From Vicugna vicugna (Eukaryota): DNA of 64,000 bases. A program made the translations under genes and the position numbers. The notes under the pieces are model-generated. The model had not been told where the DNA came from, searched no databases, and was given only the letters and a program-made list of their open reading frames with translations. Location of the stretch: NCBI GenBank assembly GCA_013265495.1, contig MU058658.1, positions 433,059 to 497,058 on the forward strand, given 5' to 3'. Below, in pieces: positions 37,327 through 50,824 of the stretch; position 1 is the first letter of the stretch, and each line of letters starts with the position of its first letter.

Positions 37327-39251
37327 AACCACTATTTCCAGAGAAGTGTCAGATGATAGGAAACAACAGACCAGATTATGAAAATCAGAAAGTAGCCCTG
37401 TCCTGAAAGTCAGCTCTGCTTGCTTGGGTTGGGACATAAATACTGGCAAAGAGAAGCTGAAAGACGGTTTTCCAAAGACTCATGTGATCCGTGTCTACTT
37501 GCTTTAGGTCTGCCTCATTTTCTTCTCCACGTTCTTTCTGACAGGCTGGATTCCTCTTTCATTTCTGACCAAACTCATCCTCACAACATCCACTCTAAAG
37601 CCTTCACCGTGCATGAAGTGAACAGCAGGAAAGAGTGTGTTTAACTCACAGATAGAGGATTCCTTTAGCATCCCTGTAGTCATTGTTGGCATGTATTGTT
37701 TTCCTTAACAGAGGCACTGGGGATTGGACCCCCGCACACACTCTACCACTGAGCTATATACCCTGCCCCCTAAGATAATTTTTTGGTATTACTATTCTAC
37801 TAGTCATTTAAGATTTTTTTCTGTTGAAGTTTAAAGGGTGTTACAGGGCCACCGTCTCAGCAGAGCGCTGAAGCAGTCTCGAGGCTTCTATGCCCTATAC
37901 TCTCCTGCGATTCATCCTGCTTCTCCTCTCTTCACTGCTGCTGCCTCCGTTAAGCCCCCACCCTTTCCACCCAGAACATTCACTTAAACCTGACATATGT
38001 GTCATGAATTGCCATCAAATGCAGGTATGTGCCAAACACCAAGGGCGCAGTGGTGGCGCAAAACAGATAAAAATTCCTACCTGTCCCGTGGTCACGAGCT
38101 CCCTTCTGCTTTTGTTCCTATGGTAATAGCTTTACTTCTCCCTCATTTTTTAGAAGACAGTTTTGCCAGGTATAGAATTCCCACTTGATAGTTTTGTTTT
38201 GTTTCGTTTTTTTTTTTTAATAATCTCTGTTGGGGAAAGAGGGCTTGGAGCTTACTAATCCACCACTTTGCTGATGTCACTCCCCACATAGTGTTTTAAC
38301 TGAAAGTTTTTAACTAAAAATAGAGAGAGACAGCAATCTGGATCAGATGACCTGGTGACACAATAAAAGCTTAGGCAGAATGAGGAACAAAACTAGGAAA
38401 AAGAGCCCACTAAGTTCTTGCCTTTTCTTGTTTGCACATCTGCCCATATGCCATGTCTGGGATTTTTAATTTATTTTTTTCTACCAATACCATTTCTTTT
38501 AAGACTTTTTAGAAACAACATATATGTAATTTCAAATTTTAATTACCCATGATTTTACTCAAAATATTATATTTTTATATGTTTTACAACATTTCATATA
38601 AAATGTTTTATCTTTAGTTTATTCTTTTATTTATTAATGTAGAACATAGTCATACTGACTTCAGTTTTCATTGGAAATAATTCCTCTTTTTTGTTTAAAT
38701 CCCAAATTTGGTACATGGGTTTGTTTTAGTTTTGTTTCCATTTATGTGATTATATATTAAACTCTTTTGTTGTCATATCTATTCAGGCACAATAATTACA
38801 TAATTCTTAGACAAAAAACAAGTACATTCTTCTTCCTTCTTCCCACCTCACAGGTGCCCACTTATATAGTTTTTATTTTTCCATTATTAAGATATAAATG
38901 CATAAATATATAGAAGTGCGTATTAGCTTCACTTTTTTGCCAAAATAAAACTAACTGCACATGGTATCCTGATAGTTACTGCCAGTTTAGGTCAGCATAG
39001 TTGAAAGAACTTACTCCTCACAACCACAGCTGCCCTGTGATCTCTTAGGAAGATGCACCCTTGTGTATTTATCCAATCCATCTTCATTGATGTTCAGTGG
39101 GTTTCAATATTGGTTATTATCAAGAAAGCTGCAAAAATGGTTTTGTGCTTAGGAAAATATATGCTTTTAATGTTCATTTAAAATTGGAATAATTCTTAGG
39201 AGAGCAAAGAAATTTCCTGACTATAATGACAGATACTCGGTATTTTATTGT

Positions 39252-39340
39252 ATTCTCCAGAGTTGTCTTCTTTTTTTTAAACATTTTTTATTGATTTATA
39301 ATCATTTTACAATGTTGTATCAAATTCTCCAGAGTCTTCT
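39252..39340 (-). mobile_element. Extremely truncated young L1 (about 55 nt) with target-site duplication
   Basis: ATTCTCCAGAGT at 39252 and 39324 flanks T-run plus aacattttttattgatttataatcattttacaatgttgtatcaaa, the same L1 terminus as at 25363 and 31864. Confidence 0.75.
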
Positions 39341-39386
39341 GATTGCGATAAAGTCAAACTCCAACATTCCCTCTAAATTAAAAATA

Positions 39387-39792
39387 ATGGTTTTTACTAA
39401 TATAAATTTGAGTCTTAATTTCCTCATTTAGAGTAGGGCTGGGATCCAATTTTCAAATTTCTCATTCCTTCATCTGCATAACTTCACTTCACTCACTGCA
39501 TGACATTCTTCCATCCACTGACTTCTGAGTCAGCTGATCATGGCCACCTCCTTGGTTCTTCTCTCCAAAGAACTCCTTGGACTATAGCAGCTTTTGGATT
39601 TCGATATTGCCTGGATGATTTTGGGTGTAAATGTCTTCTATTTACAATGAGTGGGCAGAAAGGTTTCCCTCAGAGCTACCTGCCCCTCTCTTTATTTCTT
39701 TTTTCCTTTTTTTAAGCAGATTAATGTTTATTGCAAGGGTACCACCTGCCTCTTGAGTGACTTCAAGGCTATTAAGCTTTGCCCCAGTTACC
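39387..39792 (+). pseudogene. Second V1R pseudogene, N-terminus to end of TM3
   Basis: MVFTNINLSLNFLI*SRAGI...LSQLIMATSLVLLSK / TPWTIAAFGFRYCLDDFGCKCL / VGRKVSLRATC [about 50-nt T-rich insert] TTCLLSDFKAIKLCPSY; same motifs as the intact V1R in this window (GTPQTLVALGMKFFLDDLGCKL..VARGVSLGTTCILSGFQAI). Confidence 0.85.
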
Positions 39793-40849
39793 ACGGGCAC
39801 ACCCTGGGCAAAATCCCCACTTTTCCTCATCTTCCAAGCTGGGGTGCGGGTGCGGCCCACGTTGAGCCACGAGCATGAACCCCGGACTCTGGCAGAGAAT
39901 GCTGCCAGTCCCTTCATGCCACAACTGCCTAGACAGTGCTGGGACTGGCCCGAGACTGCAGGACGATGTAACTGTCATAGGCCTCCTGGAATCCTGAGAG
40001 AAACATGGCCAGACGCCCTCCTAACTTCGCGAGACTTAGCTGCATCCTCAGGTCCTAAGAGGGCATGTTCACCGCTTCTGTTTCATTCTAATGTACTTTT
40101 AATTTGGTATTTCTTTGTTCATGTTTCCCATCTGTGTTCCTTAAATAGTCTAAGACTCACAAAGGCAGGCTTGTCTTTGTTTTCTGACTTTTCTCTTGTG
40201 CCTCCAGTAGTTCCTGAACCTCAGTAGATGCTCACTGAACATTTATTAAAGACTTGAATAAACATGACACCTCAAATGATAATCACCTCCCATCAAAGAG
40301 ATTCTGGCGTCTTAAGCTTTTCTTTCTTTTTTTCTTTTTTTTTGGTTGTTTTCCCCACACATTTATTTATTTACTTTTCAGTAAGTTTAAATCCTCGAGG
40401 GGTACAGCATCACGCAGATTCCGTGTCCGTGTCCTTAGCAAAGAGGTTGCTTTGGAATTTGTCAGGAACCATGGCACTGTCTCTGAGCAGGAGTTACCTT
40501 TCCCCAGGTTACTATGGTTTTGTTTGGTTTTCCACCAGGAGTTGCTTTGTTGTTCTTTGCTTTGTACACATAAGCACATCTCCTGCCGGGATAGAAATGA
40601 GTTTCACCTCGAGCATAAACACCTTTGGTTTTTAAGAAGAGCTTTGTGCTCCCTCAGGTTCTGGACCCTAGGCTTATACCCAGCAAAAATGGCCTGGGAC
40701 GGCAGCCTTCCTTCCAGACATACTTGTCCTTTCAGAAGTCCTGTTCCCAGCAGGCCTCCTCAGGGGCCGAGATGGCTGGAAGAGAAAGGCCGGTGTCCCG
40801 AACCTTTCTCTCAGGGTCCTGGTGTCATCTTTGCACAGGTGCTCCCACC

Positions 40850-41520
40850 GCTCCACGTTCCATTCACGTCCGCTGAGCAGAGCCCGCGCGGGGGAGGGGG
40901 GTTTAACTGCGCGAACTACATTCCCCAGAGGTCTCCGCGCCGGGCGCCTTGCGTTGAGCCAATGAGAACTCAGAATACGGGCACTTCCGTGCGTGTGCAT
41001 CGCGTCGGGGCGGGACTTCCGGCGCCCCGTCGTGGCGGCCGTTTTGGCGGTTGTTCGGTTCGTTCACCGGGTCTGGGGTTACGGAGAGAGTCGAGACTGA
41101 GAAGGTTCGAGAGGAGACGCCGCCCGGGGGTCGCCGCTCCCGCGTCCCCCTCCTCCCCCGCCGCTCCCGCCCTCAGACCCCGATGGCGGCGGCCGCGCTG
41201 AGGGACCCGCCGCAGGTAAACGCGCGTCCTCCGGGCCCGCACCGCCCTCTCCCGCCGGACGCTAGAGCCCCGAGTGCGGGGCGCCTGCTCGCGTGCCTGC
41301 GGCCCGGGCCCCGGGGTCCAGGCCGGCGAGTTGGCCGCGGGTGGGGCCGTGTTTCTGACGGACGGCGTGACGGCGCGGGGAGAGGTCCCCCCGCTCAGGT
41401 GCGGAGGCCTGGAGGCCGGGCTGAGGCGGGGGGTCGGGAACCGCGAGGTCTGCCTTGTGTGTTCAGGGCACAGAGAATGTGAGGTAGAGTCGCGCGTGGG
41501 GTGCCAGGTGCCGTTTTCAG
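40850..41520 (+). promoter_or_regulatory. CpG-island promoter of the ZNF530-like gene
   Basis: ACTACATTCCCCAGAG (ZNF143-type) at 40915, CCAAT near 40959, CACTTCCG and GGGGCGGGACTTCCGGCG near 41007. Confidence 0.85.
41183..41215 (+). CDS. ZNF530: Exon 1 (MAAAALRDPPQ) of the ZNF530-like gene
   Basis: ccgATGGCGGCG...CCGCAG|gtaaac within the CpG island. Confidence 0.85.
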
Positions 41521-42305
41521 GAGGCCAGGAGCCACTGAGAGTTGTGAACAGAAAAGGCCTCCTGAATGAGGCTTTCAGAAGTTTTCCAGAAGGCGTTCGG
41601 AGCAGCAGACTGGTTGGCCCAGGTGCAGGTACCCCAGTGTGCACATGCTTGGAGGGGAGACTGCGCTAGTTGAAGGGAATCTCGAGTCTGCCTTCTATCT
41701 CGGGAACAGAGTAAGGGGGCAGGAGGCGTGCCTGGAATGGCTGAGAAACTGAGTGCCTGTCCTGGAGGTAATGTGAAGAATGGGCCGTTTGGAGTGCAGG
41801 AGGGTGGCGATCCGAGCCGGCTCTTAGCAGGCTCCCTGTGACTGCAGCGTGTAGAACGGACTAGGGGGTGTGAGGAAGGTGATAGGAGACCAGGGAGGAA
41901 GCTACTGCCACAGTCCAGGTAGCGTTGATGATGTGGGTCAGTGTGGTGGCCTTGGAGGTGGTAGACATGGTTGGATTCTGGATCTTTTTTTCTCCCCCCA
42001 GAGGATCTTTCATTTTTTGATTTTGAAGGTGAGAGAACAAAGTAGAAGTCAGGGATGGCCGCAAGGTTTTGGAGTTTAGCAGCCAGAGGGATGGATGCTC
42101 CATCAACTGGGATATGAAATTTGATAGTAGGAGTAATTTTCAAGCAAGGTATTAAGAGTTTGGCCATGTTAAGTGTATGAGATGTTTCAGAGAACAAGTA
42201 AATGGAGGTGTTAAGAGGGCGGTTGTACAAACAGGTCTAGGTTTCTCGGGAGAGTTTCAGGATGAAGAAGGTGGTGGATAGTATGTGGACCAGGGTGGGG
42301 CTGTG

Positions 42306-42648
42306 TGTCTTAGCTTGGATGGTTAGAACAAACTACTTTCATTTCTCCCAGTTCTGGAAGCTGAGAAGTCCAAGATGAAAGTGTTGGCAGATTGGATTCC
42401 TGGTGAGGGGCTCTCTTCCTGCCTTGCAGGTGGTTCCCTTCTCTCTGTCTCCTCACGCAGTGTTTTCTTGGTGCAAGGACGTGGGGAATGGAAGCGATGT
42501 TTCTGTCTTCCTCTTATAAGGGTCCGTCCTCATGTCCTAATCTAAACCTGATTACTTCCCCAAAGCCCTGCCTCCAACTGCCATCACATTGAGGGTTGGG
42601 GCTTCAACATATGAGTTTTGGGAGGATGCATACATTGAGTTCGTAACA
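42306..42648 (-). mobile_element. MLT1A-type MaLR solo LTR
   Basis: tgtcttag...cagttctggaagctgagaagtccaagatgaaagtg...cttataaggg...gcttcaacatatgagttttggg...taaca. Confidence 0.85.
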
Positions 42649-43730
42649 CTGTGGGTCACTTTGAGAGGTGGTGATCTTGGTCACGGTTAAGTTAATAATA
42701 GCCCAGGAGAGGGAGAGTGAGGTCTGGGGGCTGGGCCTCATGCTTGGGCACCAAGGTGAAGGAAGACAGACGTCACAAACACAGGTGAAGTGGCCATGGG
42801 AACAGTGTGGGAGAGAGGATGACCTGGCAGGTGATTCAGGCTTCTGAGGGCTGAGTGCATGTGAGATGGAAGTGGAGGCACAGGAGAAATTGAGGCAAGA
42901 TGACAGGCCAGATCTACTGCTTATTCACTGCTCTGTGGGCTCACCAGGATTTGCTGTGACCTTGTGTGTCTGGGGAGTTTTAGTCAGCTTGGTGGATTAG
43001 TTTAGGGGCACAAGTGGTCATCTGGGAGAGTCAGTGGACCTGGGGTAGAAAGCCTCTGGGATTGGGTTTTGAATGACGCTTAGGAAGAGAGGGGAAGTCT
43101 CTGATGAGAGCACACGAAGTGTAGCACACGTGGAGGAGGGTCATGGCCATGTGAGATCCACAGCTGGTTCTGGGTGGTGGAAGCTGAAGCAAGGCACAGA
43201 GTCAGGCGGTGGGGACCGTTGGAGGTCTGGGCAGTATTGAATCCTGTTTGAATTTGCCAGGCACTCTCTGTATGCCATGTGTTCAGTGACACGTAGGAAG
43301 GACTGGTGGCTGCCTGTGTTACAGGGCAGGGAAGAGGTGGTGACTGAGAGAGGGATTGTAGAAAGAGTGAAGTTTGCATAGAAAGGGGATGAGAGCCAGT
43401 GGACTGAGGGCCCTGGCATGGAGGACATGAGGGTGAAATGTGAGCCCACACCCTTGGTTATATTTGGGAGCGTGACCTGGGCACCCTAGGAGAATTGCCT
43501 GGTCAGAGGGAGTCCTTCCCTGCATGCCAGGCCCACAGTGTAGATGTTGTCTGTCTGCCCACCTGCCTGTTGGTGTGGGTGGACATAGTAATCAAAGGGA
43601 CCAAGAGAAGAGTGTGCACATAAGTGTCATCAGGGCCTGGTGCCTCTGCTGAGATGGGGAAACAGGGAGGTGGGTAAGCAGGGTGTGAGCGGGTGGGTGG
43701 GTGAATTTGGGGTCCTCTGAGAGAAGCTGA

Positions 43731-44099
<369 letters not shown>

Positions 44100-45142
44100 T
44101 AGGAGTCAGTCCAGCAGTCAGCCCAGGAGAGCCCACATTTCTTGTCCTCTCTTTGGCAGGATGACTGTATCCAGATCTATGGCACCTTGTGCCCCAGAGT
44201 CTGCCCCTTCTTTTTCTTTTTTAAATTGAGATATAATTGATATATGACGTCCTGTTAGTTTCAGGTGTATAACGTAATGGCTTGGTCTTTGTGTATATTG
44301 CAAAATGCTCACCACAGGTAGTTAACTGTGTCTAGTTAGCATCCAGCACCACACAGAGTCCCACACTCTGCTTTTCCTTGTGATGAGACCTTTTAAGTCT
44401 TCCTTGTGACTGCCTGTATCAGGAGTTGCAGGCATTGTCATGATCACTGCTTCTATGTAGGCTTTTCTTGAAAGACCCTGTTGAGAGATTTTGTTGTAAT
44501 ACCCTTTCCTTTCCTGCAGTCTGTCGTTTTCTGAGTTGCTCTGGGCCAGTGATGAGCACTCACACGTCATGTCTTTCCCTAAGACATTTTATTCGGGTCT
44601 CATGTAGTTGTACAGTGGAGGGTGTGGGGAGAGCCCTGATTGCTTTACAGGGTGAACATGGCAAGATGGTCTCCGAGGAGGGCTGGCCCTGGTGGGTGCA
44701 CCTGGGGGAGGGCATGAAAGTGAGGCTGTGTTCATTTTATTTATTATTTTGAGTAAAGGTAGATTTTTTTTAGAGAGATACATAGTGCATAGAGTGGAGG
44801 CTGTTTCAAAAGGCAAAGAAAGGCCAGGAGGTGTGAGAGTTGGGTGCTCAGATTACAGTAAAAGTAGGTAGACACTCCATAGACACAGTGCGGGCCACCT
44901 CTGAAGAGGAGGGAGCAAAAAGGCGGCTGAGGCTGTGTTTAACTCATACCAAGTAACTGTCCTATGTCTGTCCACCAGTGTTCTAATGCAAGTGCCACTG
45001 GACGCAAATGATTTTTACATTTTGTTCTACATACTTGACACCTCTCTGATTTGTCATTTCAATTGTGACTTGTGTCTTCTGCATGTGTCGGGTCCCTCTC
45101 CACTGCACCACATGCAGTTCTCCTGCAGCGACCTAACACCTG

Positions 45143-45790
45143 CAGATATGACTGGGAGATGTTGCAGGTTTGGTTCCAGACAGTTGCAGTAAAGCTAATA
45201 CTGGAATAAAGTGAGTCATACGAATGTTTTGATTTCCCACTGCATATAAATTATGTTTATACTGTACTGCAGTGTATTAAGTGTACAGTAGACTTATGCC
45301 TGAAAAACAATATAGCTACCTTGATTAAAAAATAATTTTTTGCAGGGGGGAGGGTATTGCTCAGAAGTAGAGCACATGCTTAGCATGCATGAGATCATGG
45401 GTTCTATCCCCAGTACCTCCATTAAATAGTGATGATGATGATGATGATAATAGTAATAAGCCTAACAAAAAAATTTTTTTAAGTATTTTTTTGCAAAAAA
45501 TCCTAACCATTATCTCAGCTTTACTAGTCGTAGTAGTAATGTCAAAGAGCACTGTTCACAGATCTCCATAACAAATATAATAAATGAAAATACATTGAAA
45601 AATATAACAAAAAGTTTTCAGAGATGGTGAGATTTACCAGAATGTGACACAGAGACATAAAATGAGCAAATGCTGTTAGAGAAGTGGCAATGATAGGCTT
45701 GCTGAGCATAGAGTTGCCGCAAACCTTCCATTTGTAAAAAGCTTAGTGTTTGCAAAGTGCAGTAAAGCTGCATGGAACGATGTATGCCAG
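45143..45790 (-). mobile_element. Internally deleted Tigger1 derivative with a nested SINE (about 45344-45492)
   Basis: Both ends match the reverse complement of the Tigger1 ends at 50825 and 53150; the SINE is flanked by aaataattttttgc / aagtattttttgc. Confidence 0.75.
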
Positions 45791-46198
45791 TAAAGTGCTG
45801 CGAGGTGTGCATGTGTTCTTAAATAGTCCTTGAACACCAGCTAGTCACTTCCACTTGTTTTCCCCTGGGCCCAGACACAGCCATCCTCTGCATAATGTTA
45901 GTGGCTGACAAGATCTTGCTGCAGACTCCTGGGAGAGGAGTGAGTCATTGATCCTGCCAGTCCTCCCCATGTGGCACCCCATATTTGTGTCCTTTGTCCT
46001 GGAAAGTTACCGCATTCTGTGATTTTCAGAGGCCCCGTACCACAGAGCAGCCCTCCCTTCAGATTACCGCCACGTCCTGAAAATATTCCCATTGATTCGT
46101 TCTTTGGTCTGAATGTACGTGTATGACACACATTTTTGTGGGACTTTCTTCTCCCACTAAGGTTAACAGGCACTTTATTAACATTCCTCTGCTTTCAG

Positions 46199-47562
46199 AT
46201 TGTTGGCGTGGAGCAGAGGATGAGGTGGTACTGTCTGAGCAGAGTGTTTCTATAAGTGAGTCACAGATCAGGATTTCTAAGCCGGTGCCTTTAAACCTGA
46301 AGACTTGCCCCTGTGAGAAGTGTGTCCCAGCCTTGAAAGACATTTTGCAGCTGACTGAGCTCCAGGCAGCATATCCAGGGCAGAAATCGTACTTTGATGG
46401 GGGCTCCAGAGGCTTCTGGTTGAATACAAATCTTCAGCAGTACCAAGAGCATGACAGCAGAGAGAAAATCTTTGAAGTGGACGTGGACAAGGCCTCATTT
46501 GTGACAAGCCTCACATTCCATGTGTCAGGGAAGCCCTTCCCCTGTGGGGAGGATGGAAAGGACTTTCTAGCTACCTTGGGCCACCCTCAGCACCAGGCCA
46601 CTCTCAGCGGTGAGAAGCCACACGGCAGCATTGAGTGTGGGGAGCGCTTTCACAGTGGAAAAAGCCGTAAGAAGTTGGTTGAGTGCCAGAAAGTTTTTGG
46701 CAACACTGACACACTTCACCACCAGAGAGTCTGCCCTGGAGAAGGTCTGGAACGTAGCAAATACAAAGACAGGTTTGTCAAGCACCAGCAAATTCACACT
46801 GGAGAAAGGCCTTACGAGTGTAGCGAATGCAGGAAGTTCTTTAGCCGCAGGACCCACCTCATTCGACACTGGAGAGTTCACACTGGAGCAAAGCCTTATG
46901 ATTGCAGTGAATGTGGGAGATCTTTTAGCCAGAAATCTGACCTCATTCAACACCAGAGAGTTCACACTGGAGAAAGACCTTATGAATGCCGTGAATGTGG
47001 GAAATCCTTTATCCAGAAATCCATCCTCAAGAAACACCAAAGAGTTCACACTAATGAAAGGCCTTATAAATGCAGTGCATGTGAGAAATCGTTTAGCCAA
47101 AGTTCCGGCCTCCTTCGACACAAGAGAGCGCACACTAGAGCAAGGCCTTATGAGTGCACTGAATGTGGGAAATCATTTGGCTGTACAACCCACCTCATTC
47201 GACACTGGAGAGTTCACACTGGAGTAAGGCCTTATGATTGCATTGAATGTGGAAAATCTTTTAGCGAGAAATCCGTCCTTATTCAACATGAAAGAGTTCA
47301 CACTGGAGAAAGGCCTTACAGATGCAGGGAATGTGGGAAGTCCTTTAGCCAGAAATCTGTCCTTATCCAACACCATAGAGTTCACACTGGAGAAAGGCCT
47401 TATGAGTGCAGTGAATGTGGGAAATCCTTTAGCCGCAAAACCCACCTCATTCGACATGAGACAGTGCACACTGGGGCAAGGCCTTACGAGTGCAATGAAT
47501 GTGGGAAATCCTTCACTCAGAGCTCTGGCCTCCTTCGGCACAGGAGAGCTCACATGCAGTGA
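46199..47562 (+). CDS. ZNF530: Spacer plus nine intact C2H2 fingers of the ZNF530-like protein; spliced protein 507 aa
   Basis: ctttcag|AT TGT TGG in phase. Spacer [19 protein letters not shown], fingers [24 protein letters not shown] and C-terminus HMQ* match recalled human ZNF530 (ending [15 protein letters not shown]). AATAAA at 48149. Confidence 0.88.
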
Positions 47563-50500
47563 ACGTGGGAAACCCTTCGGCTGCAGATCTGACGTCGGTC
47601 AGCACCACAGCGTTCACGCTGGAGGGAGGCCTTGTATGTGCAGGGAGTGTGCTCCTCCCTCATTTAGTGTGAGTGTCGGAGGAAAGCCTCTGTGAGGAGC
47701 CATCTCCCTGAATTGAATCTTGTGTCCGGATATCCACAGGCTGGAGATGGATTCGCCATAAACTTGAGTGCTGTGGGAAGCATGTGTAACCTGCCCAGGG
47801 TCCTTGCCAGGTAGATCACTGCTGGTTCCTGTGGCAGAAGCCACTTCTCCTCTAGCGTCTGGCAGGTCCACACAGTTGGCGTCCGTCACGACCCTCGTCC
47901 GCTCAGTGCAGCTGGTCTGTGCTCTCCCATCTGTTGGAATATGAGTATCCTGAGCCCTTAGGGGTCTTCACTCCCTTCTCTCTGAGAAGTTAGCGTGTGG
48001 ACCTGACCCTGTGTTGGCCCAGAGAATGCAATCTGAGTTCTGCTTGCAGAGCAGGACTTGCTGTCTCAGGGACGAGGTCTCAGGTGGCACTTGTGATGGT
48101 TTTCCAGCTTCCAAGTAGCCTGCTGCACATTTCTCTGGCTTGTGCAATAATAAAGGCCTTTCTGTTTAAGCACCTAAGTGTTAGAAATTCTGTTCATTGT
48201 GTGGAGTGGCTTGAAAGCACAATAGGACTGTTAACTTGAGGAGTAAGCTTCACTTTTGGGGAGCCAAAGTTCGGGTGCCTCCAGGGGCAGTGTGATGGCG
48301 GATCATGGCACTCTCATTTTGGCCGAGTTTCTTTGCTGGCAAGGCCTGCTAGGAAGGACTGCTTGTAGTCGTGATTGCCTGGATACCAGAGGTCTGTGGT
48401 TCAGAGTCATCCTGAGGAAGGGGCGGCTGTGACAGTGCTTCTGAAGACAGTGTGGTTGTTTTTGTTTTTCTTTTTGTTTTCTCACAGAGGACAACACACA
48501 ACGCCCAGCATTACTGAGGGGAATCGTAACCCCAGTTTCTCCAAAGGAGCCATAGACCCTGATACCCACAATTCAGTGGGCTGGTGCCCGTAGTTGGAAG
48601 ACTTCAGGGGCAGGGGAGACCACAGTGGGGCATAAACACTGGTTAATAGTGGAGGAGGCTGCAGCAAAAGACGTGGAATGTACCTCTTCTAACGATAACA
48701 GGCACGCACGTCCTGCTGACAGTGACTGCAGGGTAAGTGTGTACGGAGGTGTCAGGACCTCCAGGTGTGCTTATCTTGTGAAGTCATCGGCAGACAAAGT
48801 AAGGGTTGTGTGGATCCCTGCAGCCTTTCAGAGCCGTTCACCTCAAGGCCACTGCTATGCAGGCAGCAGAAGGATGGAGAGGTAACTGGTTTAGCGAGCA
48901 GTCTTCTTGACTCAGCTGGAAATGGCCTTCATTATTTGCCAGTATTTCCTGCCACCGAGAAGAGACTGTACCTCAAAGCACAAGGAGTGAGATAGTGGAG
49001 TCAGTACGGAATGATTTTCTGAAAAGTGGGATTTAGATTTTTATAATGAACCATGTTTTAAACCTGCATTAAGTTACAGTGGGCGTAGAATAAGTTGTAT
49101 ACACTTCAAGTGTACGATTTGATAAGATTTCACATGTATATACTCATGATACCATCATCATGGTAAGGAGTGTATTTCCAAGCTGATATGAACATTAGTT
49201 TTCAATTACTTACATGAATATGGTTCATTTTTTTTCTATCGATAACTCAGAATACAGTGCCTGAGTCTGTGGGTGGATATTTAACTTTTTAGGAAGTTAC
49301 CAAACTGATCTAAAATGGTTGTTTCTTGTTTGTTTGTTTTTTGCATTCCCACCAGCAGAGTGTGAGAATTCTAGTTCCTTCACACCCTTGTTAATATCTG
49401 CTAAGGTCACTTTTTTTGCAGGGGAAAAGGTGTTAGGTTTGTTTGTTTATCTTATTTTATTTATTTTTAATGGAGGTACTTGAGATCAAACTCAGGATTT
49501 CATGCACACTAAGCACATAACACTACCACTGAGCTACACCTCCCACCCCCCATAAGGTCACTTTTGAATTTTACCCTTTCAAAATAAGTGTGTTGGTCAT
49601 TTATGGTTTTAACTGCGTTTCCCTAAGGATTTGCTGAGCATTATGTCATGTGTTTGCTGCTCACATAACTTCTTTAGTAGGATACTTCTTGTATTTGGCC
49701 TGTTTTGTATTTTGTGAGTTTGGCTGTTTGCCTTTTAGTTACAGTAAGAAACAAGAAAGACATGTTGGAATTTTACTTATTCTTCAGTGGTGTGAGTGAC
49801 TTCTTTGCTGCATGGAATAATTGTTTTTGTATACAGGAAGAATATCCGTCATTTTTTCCTCTTTATTTTTGGTGGCGTGCACAGTGTAATGGACACATAT
49901 ACCAAACACATTATTAACATTCTCCATCACGTTTCTAAGTGTGGACATCTGATACATTGCATTTAACAATAGTGTAAATCAAGCCCTGGTTTGTGATGTT
50001 TGGCAGTTTCTTTGGTGTCAGTACTCTACCATGACCCATTTCAGACTCCCAACGTGTCAGTGCGCAGAGCTGGGAAGAGCGGCAGTAGCACATCACTGTG
50101 TTTCCCTCACGCGGAGAGAGCAGCCACACTCCTGAGAACAGATTGTGAAACAGAGAGGAATGAATAGAGAGTGACGATGTTTGAGTGTTTGTGACTTAGA
50201 AGAGTTTAACTGAAATATAACTGACTTTATGTACATATTTCAAATATCAAAAATTTTGATGTTTTGATGCATAAACGTTTCCTTGTGCCATTTTAATTTT
50301 TTTTGATTGGTTATTCCTTGCACCCTTTTAAATTTTGTGGGGAGGATAATTAGGTTGGTTTGTTTACTTATTGGAGGTACTGGGGATTGAACCCAGGACC
50401 TTGTGCATGCTAGGCACACACTCTACAACTAAGCTGTACCCTCCCCTACTCGATGTTAAATTCATCCTTTCGACATACAAGATTTCTGATATAGGATATA

Positions 50501-50824
50501 TTCTACCATTTGTAATGGCTATTTTCAAATATATACAAAAGTGGAAAAGACTATCTTCTGGGTCCCCCATCTTCCATCATTATTTATAATTGTTCTTGTT
50601 TCATCTCTCATGCACATTAGTGGGTTGTGTTACTTATAAACTCAGATGTCATGTTGTTTAATGCATAGCTTCTTGAAAATGTTTTTCTAAAATGCAAGAG
50701 TTTTTTGATAGTAACAATAACTTTTTCACAGAAAATAAAAATATTTTAAAATGTGATAAATATTTTATCCATGCTGAATTTTGTGAGTTTTCTCAAAAGT
50801 GTGTTTGTTCTTGAAGACAGACTA

